A DNA stretch of 64,000 bases from Camelus ferus (Eukaryota): NCBI RefSeq assembly GCF_009834535.1, contig NC_045696.1, positions 86,864,001 to 86,928,000 on the forward strand, given 5' to 3'. Shown here piece by piece: positions 11,670 through 22,860 of this stretch. The notes under the pieces were generated by a model. That model was not told where the DNA came from and searched no databases. It saw only the letters and a program-made list of their open reading frames with translations. The translations under genes were made by a program, and so were the position numbers. How positions within the stretch are numbered: position 1 is the first letter of the stretch; every line of letters starts with the position of its first letter.

Positions 11670-13754
11670 CAACCAATGAGGAAAAGGACAGAATATAGAA
11701 AGTTTAACCTCTCATAGAAGGCAGAGCTGATGAGATGAGTATCTTGATTTTGGGGATGACAAGTTAAGATTCAAATGGAATTAAATGCTAGCCAAATAAC
11801 AGCACAATGGTGACCAAGATCAGAAAACTCATGTCTAAGAATGGTGCTTGTGATCTCATTCGTAGCCAGCCAATTTTTTCCTAAGCAAGTGTGGTCTGGT
11901 GAGCATAACCTGCCTACAGACAAAGGGATTTGGCAAAGATAAATGGATGACTGATGAGACTTTCCTTCTCTTCTTTGTTCTTAGCACCTAAGAAAGTCAT
12001 ATTTCCTTTTTCATTTTTTAAATGCCCGACGCTATGAATACTAAATTTCTTTTAATCAAGCAATTGATATAGAGAATGTATAGTATCTAATCAATAAGAC
12101 ATTGTTCAACAAATAGAAAAGTGTGTCTATTTGGATCGGCATATATTCCTTTTCAAGTATCACTGTTCACTCAATAATCAATATTGCCTTGTAGTAAACC
12201 TAATGTTTTGCCTTTCCTTTTGTTTTATTATCTCAATTTTCTCAAGCTAAAATATATCCCAAAAGTAATTTTTTTTTCTGGAAAATAGTTACCCATTCAT
12301 TCCCCATGAAAAATAGAACAATTTCACTATGATTATATTCATTTTAAATTCAAACTCCATAAGCTCTCAATTAGCCACATAGAATTGTAATCACTTTTAG
12401 TTTTTAGATTGGTGGTTTTTCATTTGCTCTTTGAAGAATGGAGGTATGTGGAGTGTTCCATTTTTCGCTTTTAGCCTTTTTTCCCTTCTGTATAGGATAA
12501 GCCAAATTTGAAAATTAGTTATCATAGACTTTTCATTAACTATAGTACATTGTCTATCAGACACCACTCTGAGCAATTTTCCATGAGGAGCTATTAAGAG
12601 TTATAACTCTAACTTTATATACTCACAGAAAAATATGCTTAATACGTTGTATAATCTACATGATTTTTATCCAGAACATTAATTTCAAAAACAAGAGATA
12701 TGTAATACATATTAAAGAAAGTAACACATGCAGCATTGTAAGGGATAAAACATTAAACCTTGGATGTTTTGTTTGTTGAAAGATTCAGAAAAATGTCTGG
12801 TATTGTGTTTCTAGAATTATGAATCAAGAAGATGGGGGAAAGTAAGAGCATTATGAAGCTCAGATTTTAGTGTAAATGTAATTTAATCTTAATTATGACC
12901 AATTCTTCATAATTTTTACAGAACTTTTACCAAATGCAAATACATATATGTAATAGACATTAAAATAGTAATTTTCAGTTTATCGTGGTTTACAAAATCA
13001 CATTTAAACACTTTGTTTAATTTGCTACAAGAAACTTGTGGTCTTTCTAACTGCGTATGCAAACTAAATAAAAGATTTGCCAATGATATGCAGTTGAGAA
13101 GTAATAAGGCTTGGATTCAAAGAGATGGGAGAAAGGGAAAGAGACTAGTCATGCTTTTAAATTACTGCTGAAACAAGACTGTTCTATGTAATCTAATCTA
13201 ATCAATTTATGTATGTAATCTAATCTAATTCTTTAAAAAATATGTATATTTTTAAATTTTGCTCTTGAGAATACTAAAGTCAAAGAAGATAGAATAATTA
13301 TTTCTAATTTGTGGCCAAGCAGGGATTAGGTCCAGGTTTATTTAAAATCCATCTTATGTCCAACTTACCACACTAACTCTAAATGTCATGAAAATATATG
13401 TGTATATGTAATTTGTCAATCTCCATATAAAACTGATTGCTAAGAAGGAAGCATAAAGATGATTCAGGAAATACATTGTTTCTGTATCTGCTCCTATGAT
13501 CTTGGGGCTTAACAATAAGTATATGGGTTAAAAATGACCTAGAATAGCAGTTGTTAATTTTGGGTCCCTGCTACCTGCAGCAACTACAAAACAGTAGGTA
13601 AGAGGTGGTCCAGATTGTGTGCCTTAAAATGAAAGTCTCCATGTGTATCAAATGCATATCCTGAGTTAAAAAATACTGGTCTAATTTACTGAAAGTACTT
13701 AATTTACTATTTTGCCTAAGAGTACATGAATAGTTTTTATTATTAATCAATAGA

Positions 13755-13915
13755 TCTACTATAAGCCAGGCAAAGTGATAAATGCTTTTATCTGCATGTC
13801 TTTTTAAATTCTCATAAGAACCTGATGAGGTTGATATGATTATTATTTCCATTTTATTAAGGATTTTATGTAATTTCCCCAAGATCACAAAGATCATAGG
13901 AACCCCTGCAATGTT
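13755..13915 (-). mobile_element. MIR SINE
   Basis: TAAATTCTCATAAGAACCTGATGAGGTTGATATGATTATTATTTCCATTTTA...TAATTTCCCCAAGATCACA. Confidence 0.7.
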
Positions 13916-14496
13916 CTTAAATACTAGAAGTCAAATTTAGAGTAGATATATAAAAATGGGAAATAGATCATCTAAAGAGGTTAGTATTTTTATGGAAATG
14001 TCTTTGGCTTTTTACTGGCAAAGAATCCTCCTCATTTTTTTTCAGACACATACTATGTTAAATAATAGAACACAATATCAATCAAAAATTAAACTTTTGA
14101 ACATTTCTAGTTTGTGAAACATTTCATTTTCTTTCAAATATTTTCAGTTAAGTTTATCATCTAGAAGGAATAAAAAATTGTGTTAATGTTTGAGAATTGA
14201 TTATGTACCTAAATTGCTTAATATAACAAAGTCTTCCCAAGTACTTGTGTGCTAAGCTCTGTGGAACACCTCCTCATTCTCTATGAAGCCATTCTACTAT
14301 GACAGTTACAGCAACTCAAAATAATGAGAAATTCCTGAATGCTTCTTAATTTAGCCTCTATTAAAAAAAATAATAATTTAGCCTCTATATTGTATTTTCT
14401 CTTTTATTTAACATTCTGCATTTTATTTATCTAAGAAAATGAATCTATCACACCCCTATAAAAATTCCTTTCATTATTCAACCTGATTCTGTTCAT

Positions 14497-15446
14497 AGCA
14501 TGTCCAGTATTTTCACCATAAGGATCTTTGCCATAAACCTCTTTGCTGCAAGTATTTCTGCTGTATAACTAATTGGCCATGAGACAATTTGCCATAAAAG
14601 ATAAAATAACAAAAAATAAAAGAGGGACATTAAAAAGGACATAAAGAAACATGAAAAATGAATAAAAAAATGAAAAAAAAACTTTAGTGTGAAATCCAAA
14701 ATACCTGAATACATGTAAAATATATGTAGATTCATGGTAATACTGTGCAAATCACTGATTTTTTTTTAATTTTATCTAATCACTGGCCTTCTACACCTTT
14801 TGTTCATAGTATTTTATATGTATTTTTTTTGACTTGTTGATTCAACATCACAGTTTCTTTTTTGACATCACAGTTTTCTTTCTTCACTAAAATTTCTTTC
14901 TTCATTAAGAGAGATATCAGTTTCCAAATACTAAGAAGCATATATGTAACTGAGCTGTGTATTGCACTGTGAACATTTCTGAACTGTTGTTTGTTCTTGG
15001 CATTTTGTTACACGTCCATTGACATATGTTCCAAAGTTCTGTGGGAAATGTAGATTCAACTCTGCACCTTCAAATCACCAAAGGATTTGCGAACTGATAT
15101 GTTATCAGTTTCTAGTATAATATACAATCTGGCTTTATACTCACTTATTTCACACTTCCAGCAAGTTTTATGACTATATTTTCTATCAAGTCAGTGTACA
15201 TAATTATTATCATCCACTATTTTTTAAGGTGGTCACTATATAGACCATTATGAAAGCCAAGATTTATGTAATACAAAAATGAGTGTACTGTGTCAATGAA
15301 GAAATGAAACCAAACTGTCAACCAGTTAAAACCAAACTGTCAACCTGTTATTTCTTTTTCCCTTTGGCAAAAATGCCTTTCCGTCAAACAATTATGCTGT
15401 GAAAATCTTTGCTACAAAGAGGCTTAGGCAAAAGTACCCAGAATCC
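14497..15446 (-). mobile_element. Non-autonomous MULE (Mutator/MuDR) DNA transposon, internally deleted
   Basis: Imperfect TIRs of ~85-100 bp (about 14497-14590 versus 15361-15446); left TIR is built of 15-bp subrepeats; internal transposase remnants; possible degraded 9-bp TSD TCTGTTCAT/TTTGTAGAT. Confidence 0.75.
14880..15248 (-). pseudogene. Decayed MULE transposase: FLYWCH-like N-terminus fused to the C-terminal PRTNN region
   Basis: Manual minus-strand translation with frameshifts: MVYIVTTLK / KIVDDNNYVH*LDRKYSHKTCWKCEISEYKARLY...SFGD / RVESTFPTELWNICQWTCNKMPRTNNSSE / HSAIHSSVTYMLLSIWKLISLLMKKE. Confidence 0.7.
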
Positions 15447-16659
15447 TTTGTAGATCTGAAAGAATATGAATAACAATCTTTCCCAAGTACAACAGGGAAA
15501 AAAATCCACAATTTATTCCCTTGTTAAATATTATTCACTTTAGGGCTTGCACTGAACTTGGGACAAAAATTGCTGTATTTAACTGCTAGAATCCATTATC
15601 CATGATAAAGTAAAAGACCTGCCAGAAGGAATTTGATAAGAGAGAGGGAAGAAAAAACTTGTTATGCCCAAGAATATGGACTGCTTTCAGAGTCAAGTGC
15701 ATCAATTCATCATATAATAAAGCAATCACTCTACTAGCCACCACACTGTGTGAGAACAGAAAGAAGTACAAATTTGCCCTTTCCTCAAAGAACTTAAAAA
15801 TGGTAATACAAATGTCTAAATATGCTTGTTTCTAAACATCATTCAATCAAATCTTGATTATTCATTTTAAAGAGGAATAATTATAGTGCAGAGTCTGTCC
15901 TTCAATTTAATCTTATGTATAAACATCTCTGGGAAATCTTGGAACTTTCCAGGCTAGATTGGTACCCTCCTGTATTTCTCTGAACCTCACTCCAACTGCT
16001 AGCATACTATTTTCTCTTTGGCTTTGTAATTACCAAATTGTCACTTTTTGCCAGACTGAACATACCTTGAAAACAAGAATTATGTTCTTTATTTATTCTT
16101 AGACTCATATAAAGCACCTGGTGCATATAGATCCTATATACTGCCTCCTTTTGCTATAAATGCATTGCTATTTCTTTATATAGAGTAGAGTGCTTGGTAT
16201 GTAGCAGTTATTTAATTAAACCCTGTTGACTGATAGACTGTAGAGCATGTGGAAGAATATGTAGTACAACTAGTAACTGCATTGTATTGATCACTACATC
16301 ATCTCTACTGCTTCCATCCTGATCTAAGCATCATCATCTCTCACCTGTCTTTTAGCAATAACCAAAAGACTGACTTTATTTCTCCCAACATCACCTCCAA
16401 AGAGTCTGATCTCCACCCCAAAGTGAGATTGACATTTGTAAGCCATAAATTCCCATATTCAAAAATCTCCACTATCTTTGAATTGAGTCCTTAAGACTCT
16501 ACCAGACTTGGCCTCAGTCTTAATCATTGAACTCATCTATCATTCCCTTTATTCTCATTATACCCTTCCTTTTACAACAAGCTTATTGAGCCTTAGACTC
16601 TCTATCTTTGGTGCATTCTCATCCATGAAGTCTATTCCCTAAGATACCAGTAAAAATGT

Positions 16660-16832
16660 TCAAACTTACTTAACACTTTATTAAGTACCAGACACTACTC
16701 TAAATGTTGTACACGCATTAACTCATTTAATCCTTACAATAATCTCAAAGGAATATACTATTATAAACCCCTTTTCAAAATGGGGAAACTAAGACATGGA
16801 ATAGTTAGTTAACTTGTCCAAGTTCACATACA
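16660..16832 (-). mobile_element. MIR SINE
   Basis: CATTAACTCATTTAATCCTTACAATAATC...CCCCTTTTCAAAATGGGGAAACTAAGACATGGAATAGTTAGTTAACTTGTCCAAGTTCACA. Confidence 0.85.
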
Positions 16833-16838
16833 AATATT

Positions 16839-17190
16839 TGTATTTATCTGAGTAGGCAAAATAATGTATCAAAATATCCCTGGCTAAAAGTAACAAAAAG
16901 TTTATTTTTTACATATCTGTGGTTCTACCGTGGTAGATGAAGGAATTCTTCCCATTCAGAAACTCATGAATCTTCCACCTTATGATTCCAGCCTATAGGT
17001 AATCAGAATTTCTCTGTTCAGCTAGAAGATGGAGAAAGGCATACGCCAAATTGATTTTTCCAGAAGTTTTCAAGGGCTAAGCCTGGAGAAGATCTGCATT
17101 AATACTGCTCACATCCTGTTGGCCAAAATTTAGTCATATGACCTCTCTGCCTATAAGGGATGGTGGGAAATAAAGTCTAGCTCCATGCCA
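16839..17190 (-). mobile_element. Ancient ERVL/MaLR LTR (LTR33/MLT1K-like)
   Basis: CTGCTCACATCCTGTTGGCCAAAATTTAGTCATATGACC...AAGGGATGGTGGGAAATAAAGTCTAGCT. Confidence 0.6.
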
Positions 17191-18236
17191 CATCACAGAT
17201 CACTTTATTTTCCATTCTCTTTTCAGTTATCACCTACGTAGAAATGCCTTTCATGAACACTGCACTTAATATAATCACAATTTACCCCACCATTTACTCT
17301 CTCACTCTGTTTTATTTTATTTATGGCACTTATCACTAAATGAAGTTAATTTTATCTGTTTAATTTCAACTATCCCTTGCTACATATATGTGAGGGTGCT
17401 TAGGCATATACTTGTGTGTGTGTTTATGTGTAACAACTGAAACAAAGCAGTAAGTCTATAACCACTTGTTGAATTAATGAATAAATGTGATCAAAGGTCA
17501 CACAGTGATCCAGACAGTCATATTTTCTGAGCCAAGACAAAAGCCAGTTTCCTAAACAAGATTTTTTTCTAGTTCTAGCCCCTCCTTTCCCCTGATGTTT
17601 CATCTGAAACTGACTGAAATTGTAAGAGATCCATGCCCATTCTAGATAAAGTGAACATGGAACATTTTAATGGAATAGTATTGAAAGTTGCACTTCAAGA
17701 AAATAATTTCTGAAATATTTATATTTTTACTTCTTTATACATCTGTACCTCATGCATTCAGTTAAAATGAAATATGCTGGATATAAACACAATCTGATTT
17801 TAATGGAGCTAAATAATCTGGGTATCCTAATCCCAGAATTTTGGCAAATTTAACTCCTGTGCTTTGTAATTTCTTTATTTTATAAATAACTTGTAATGAT
17901 CTACCCTTTCTCTATTGCTATTTCCCACACTAAGGACAGAACAACACTGAGGTGACTGTGTATTCATAAAACAGAGTAAGATCTTCCCAGAGAATCATGG
18001 GCTGAGACTGTGAGTTGTGTAGGACATGCTGTTTTAATGACTGTCAGAGTGCCAAGCACAGAGGATAACATGAATAAACTAAATATTTGGAGAAAATGGA
18101 GAACTAAGAGCTATAAAATTTATAGGTGAGATTTTTATTGATTTTGAATATCATTGTATAATGATAACTCATTAAATGTTAGCTCACTCCTCTCTCCCTA
18201 GAATGTCTGGAACAATACTGCTGGTCTAGATGACAA

Positions 18237-18412
18237 AGAAAATTTTTGCAAATGAAACCAACAAAGGCTTGATGTCCGTAATATATAAGCAGCACATACG
18301 ACTTAATAAGAAACAACCAAACACCCAATCCAAAAATGGGCTAAAGACCTAAACAAGCAATTCTCCAAGGAAGACATACAAATGATCAATAAGCACATGA
18401 AAAAATGCTCAA
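18237..18412 (+). mobile_element. Isolated internal ORF2 fragment of the young L1 family
   Basis: Near-identical to about 29309-29485; no polyA and no evident TSD. Confidence 0.9.
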
Positions 18413-18419
18413 CAGCATT

Positions 18420-18960
18420 TAGGAGAATTTCTTATCTCCCTGTTTTCTTGATTATTGATTCTTCTAAGTTTGCTCTTCCACTATTTCTCATTTAGGAACT
18501 CCTACTAGATCTTAATGAAGTTTCCTACTCTATATTCTTTTTAAAATTCTCTTTCATGTTTTCTGTATATTGTTTTATGTCCTGTATTCTAGGTAATAAT
18601 CTTTTTAAACAGCTAATTATCTGTAGTGCTACCACTCTACAAATTCAAAAAATTCATACTTATTTTTAACTTTTTTTTCTAGATTTTCCATTTCCTTGTT
18701 TTGTTCAGTTTTCCTTTACTACATAATGGATCCTTTCCCATTCATTCTGAATGTTTTAAACATGTTTATGTAGAAATATATTTTGGTTGTTTTATTATTT
18801 TATGCTTCAAAACTGTAATTTGACCATGTATCATGTATTTAATTTGTTGATTCTCTTTCATGGCAGTTTATAATTATGTTTCATCCTCAAAGAATGTGTG
18901 TGTGTTTGTAGCATATGCATAATTTGGATGGTTGACACTCATGTGAGGAAATTTTTGCTG
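18420..18960 (-). mobile_element. Old L1M/HAL1 ORF1-like fragment
   Basis: T-rich strand with TTTAGGAACTCCTACTAGAT...TGTCCTGTATTCTAGGTAAT, typical of antisense ORF1; diverged. Confidence 0.45.
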
Positions 18961-21699
18961 AATTTAGTTACTATCAATGTTTAATTTTGAAAGGTTATTG
19001 GACAATATGGATAGTGAAAATCTGAAGTCTAAATCAATGACTGCCCCATACCTTAGGTTATTGTTATAGGAGATCCCTTTCCTCCTTTTTCTTTAGCCAC
19101 TTTCTTCACTGCACCCCAGATTGATAGTTGGGGTTGATCTAGTGTCCATTTTAGAGAAGTGACTGACAGTGCATGTGAGTTAATGTAGGGAATTCTTTTC
19201 TTACTCACCATGATGAGCAAGTCTGAAGTCTCAACTTCTATCATCAGAGAGGCTAAATCTGATTCCTTATTATATAATCTCTTTTTTTACGCCCCTTCAG
19301 TTCTGAATTCCATTTATGCTCACCTCACAGTTTTGTGTGCTCTCTTTGTATATGCCATCTAGTGATTTCCTTTCCCAACTTCAAGACAAACTATGTATTT
19401 AGAGGTTAATTCCATCATGCTATCCTATATTCTTATAGGAGAGAGAATTCTGTCACTTCAGCCTCTGCCCAGGTTTTTCAAAGAATAAAACCCATTCCTT
19501 TTAGTTTGGCTCTTATGCTTTACAATTCACCCTTTGCGACTCTATTCACTCCTACCAAACAGTACTCACCAGAAGGAATTCTGCTCCAAACAAGTGAGTA
19601 TCCTCATTTACCTTAGCTTATTTTGTTCTCCTAAAGAAGCAATTTTATCCCCTAATGATATGTATTTTGGCTTCAATTTCTTTGCAACTGTTTTTTGAAT
19701 ATTTCAGTTAAATATCTACAATTATAAAATTTACAGGATCTACAGTTTATATTAAAAATGAATCATATTTATATGCTATATTAAAATTCACTATTATAAG
19801 CAAATTGTTGATATGATGATACCAATACCAGAGAAAGATGTTTTGGTGCAGCATTATTTATGGGTTTATTATTATATAAGGAAATCCTTGATGAACGCTT
19901 TTACCATGCTTTCCTTATGTTTACAAATTCTCTTAAGATGCCTACCATTATAGACTCAGAAAGAAGCAAGTGAAAAACCTTATAACTCTAGTTTTTCAAA
20001 ATAATATTAAGGAACAGTTTAAGGGTGTGAACATTCTCATTGGTTTCTGTAAAGAACATGTTTTAAAGAGTCAGTAAACAAGTAACTATAAATCCTTTTA
20101 TGGCTCCCTGTTTCTCATTATAATCTCAACAACTTTTAACATCCCTTCAAGACAGTGGATTTCAAAAATAATTATTTTGTGTAGATATTTCTGTTTTCCT
20201 CCTTTGTTATCAACACATAAAAGAAAGTGAGTACTGTTTGATCATTTCTCGAAGTGATTTCAAGATCACATTAACCATAGCACAACTGTCATATCATTAG
20301 TGTGTTAACAAGCAGTGATACCACAAACAAAACACAGCATTTGATTGTGGTATCTAGCATTGAATACCAGGGCTTAATTAATATTCTTCTTTTAAATAGT
20401 ATGTTTTTTTTAATCAAGATGATATTTCTAAAATATGAAATCTCTTTCAGGATTTTTCTGTTAACATTAATTTTTTATAGATAATTTGTTTTCATTTGGT
20501 AATGACTAGTCATAGATACTGCCTAGGTACACAAATATTTTTTGTGAGTTGCTCTCTTGTGAGCATAGATAATTCCAACAGCTTATTGTTTGTTATTTTT
20601 TTTTAATGTAAAATGTAGAGTGAAGCAAGAAGATAGCTTGCAACTGTTTTGCCACTTGGGCTCTTCACAGAATCACTAAGATATATATAAAGCTTCCAAG
20701 TAGGGCTTAGAATCATAAGAATGAGAGTTATGATATTCTGTAAACCAGCTTAAAGAAGTCTAAAACTCAGAGTGTGAAGCCTAACTGATTTTCTCCAGTA
20801 CATTAATCAAAGCACCTTTGACAACTACAATTATGTTGTTATTCATGTGAGGCATTCAAAATTCTTCTTAATACCCAGGTGGCATTTATATCATTATTCT
20901 GAAGAAGCAACAGATGAAAAACGACAGTTAAAATATGACATGAAGTAAAAATGGTAAAATAGTTCTGATCAGCCATACATTAAATAACTACTTGACTTTC
21001 AGAACCGAACATTAATGCTGCATATCCTATCTATATCTCTTGCAGAAATAAACAAAAAAGGGAATTTTTGCTATCTATTTTAAACATTAAAATTTTGTTT
21101 GTTTCTATAAAGTTTACAATGTTATGCATGTTTTCATAATGTTTATAACCTCCCAATAAATCGACAGCAAACTAGTATCAAAATCTTGGTAAATATCAAA
21201 TATGACATATTCATTCACTCTTAATGAAAGAATTAAACGTTGAAAAACTTATAGGCTCAAGCACACAAAAGAAGCACATATGTAAAAATAACAATGTATC
21301 AGATCATAGAAAATTTAGAGAACTACAGAATCGCTAATAGACTAAATTTTAGTATTTTCTGTGCTTATAAGTTGAATATGAAGGTTTAGTTGTTTTGAGT
21401 TATGCTTATCGAATCCATGCTAAATGGGATAGAGGATTATGCTCTAACTGGGGTGCCAAATTGTGATCACTTGCCTCTACTGCACTAAATCTGGATCATA
21501 ACTACTGAATCCTAAAATCTGGAAATCTGGAGAACTGCCTGCATTCTTTAAAAATTTATACTTATTGCTACTATAGCAAAACTTAAGGTTTAATATTTAC
21601 AGGACAGAATAAGGGTGGTATAAGAGCATATTAGAAATACATTCAAGCAATGTTATAATTAGGAAAAATGCAAAGATGCTCATGGTGTTAGACATTTAT

Positions 21700-21703
<4 letters not shown>

Positions 21704-21733
<30 letters not shown>
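21704..21733. repeat. (AAT)10 microsatellite
   Basis: Seen directly. Confidence 0.95.
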
Positions 21734-21787
21734 CCTAAACAGCATTGAGAGAAAAATTATTGCTTATCTTATCAAAGTCACATGCAA

Positions 21788-22016
21788 ACTGTAGGATAGA
21801 TAAACAAGATTATACTGTATAGCACAGGGAAATATACACAAGATCTTATGGTAGTGCACAGAGAAAAAAATGTGACAATGATATATATATGTTCATGTAT
21901 AACTGAAAAATTGTGCTCTACACTGGAATTTGACACAACATTGTAAAATGATTATAAATCAATAAAAATGTTATACTGTTAAAAAAATAAAAGTAATGGT
22001 AAAATTTTTTTAAAAA
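21788..22016 (+). mobile_element. Young 5'-truncated L1 (3'UTR only) with 14-bp TSD
   Basis: Near-identical to about 30117-30303; TSD AAAGTCACATGCAA at 21774-21787 and 22017-22030. Confidence 0.92.
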
Positions 22017-22422
22017 AAAGTCACATGCAATATCAAATCCAGAGGTTGGGCTAGAAACACCTCGGATTATGGAGAAGAGGTCTGTACAGCAAGCTATAAG
22101 TCAAGCTATATGACAAAACCATGTCAATGAAAGTTTTAAAGAAATGTGACCAGAACTAAACTACAACAATAATAACATCATCATCATTTTAAATGCATGC
22201 TCATGTGTCTCCTGCTTTGCCCTTTATTTCAAACATATTAGCAAAATAGTTTTTGCAAAAGGATAAAACATCTAAGGTACAGATGCTCTAAATTATAATG
22301 TTGAATAAACTAGAGACATTAAATGTATGATCATCCATTCTAAAATTTCTAGTTCCTTATAAAATATAATCATATTGTTGCTTATTCTAAATGGTTACTA
22401 TGAGGTTTAAGAGTTTTTTGCC

Positions 22423-22640
22423 TTTTTTATTGAAGTGCAGTTGATTTACAATGTTAGTTTCAGGTGTACAGCAAAGTGATTCAGTTATACATTTACATAC
22501 ACATATATTTTATCTTTTCAGATTCTTTTCCATTATATGTTATTACAAGAAATTAAATACAGTTCTCTGTGCTATACAGTAGGTCCTTGTTGTTTATCTA
22601 TTTTATATATAGTAGTGTGCATCTGTTAAGCCAAACTTCT
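22423..22640 (-). mobile_element. L1 3' end (cetartiodactyl-type 3'UTR)
   Basis: TTTTTTATTGAAGTGCAGTTGATTTACAATGTTAGTTTCAGGTGTACAGCAAAGTGATTCAGTTATAC...GCTATACAGTAGGTCCTTGTTG. Confidence 0.9.
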
Positions 22641-22689
22641 CTCTGTTTTATCTTTTCTAAAAATATTGATAGACTTCTTTTTGTCAGTA

Positions 22690-22860
22690 TTTTAAAGATG
22701 TATGCTTTTGTTCATGAAAAATCTTAGTCTATAATTTTATTTACTTAAAATATCTTAGTAAATTTTGATATTAGGATTATGCTGATTTCATATAATAAGT
22801 TGAGGATGTTTCTTCTTTCTTTATATTCTGAAGTTTCTTTTAAATATTTGAGGATGTTTC
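22690..22860 (-). mobile_element. Old L1M ORF2 fragment
   Basis: TTTTGATATTAGGATTATGCTGATTTCATATAATAAGTTGAGGATGTTTCTTCTTTCT. Confidence 0.6.

Larger units (their letters stand above)
16290..17487 (+). mobile_element. L2 LINE 3' region, interrupted by MIR and an ERVL LTR
   Basis: CATCTCTACTGCTTCCATCCTGATCTAAGCATCATCATCTCTCACCTG ... TTTATGGCACTTATCACTA ... TTGTTGAATTAATGAATAAATG. Confidence 0.7.

Noticed and set aside
12597..12610. 14-bp palindrome AGAGTTATAACTCT
   Set aside because: Isolated and AT-rich, with no supporting context
14508..14600. 15-bp periodic repeats as a CRISPR-like or iteron array (likewise the 22-bp and 42-bp repeats)
   Set aside because: No unique spacers, no cas genes and a mammalian context; explained as transposon TIR subrepeats or tandem duplications
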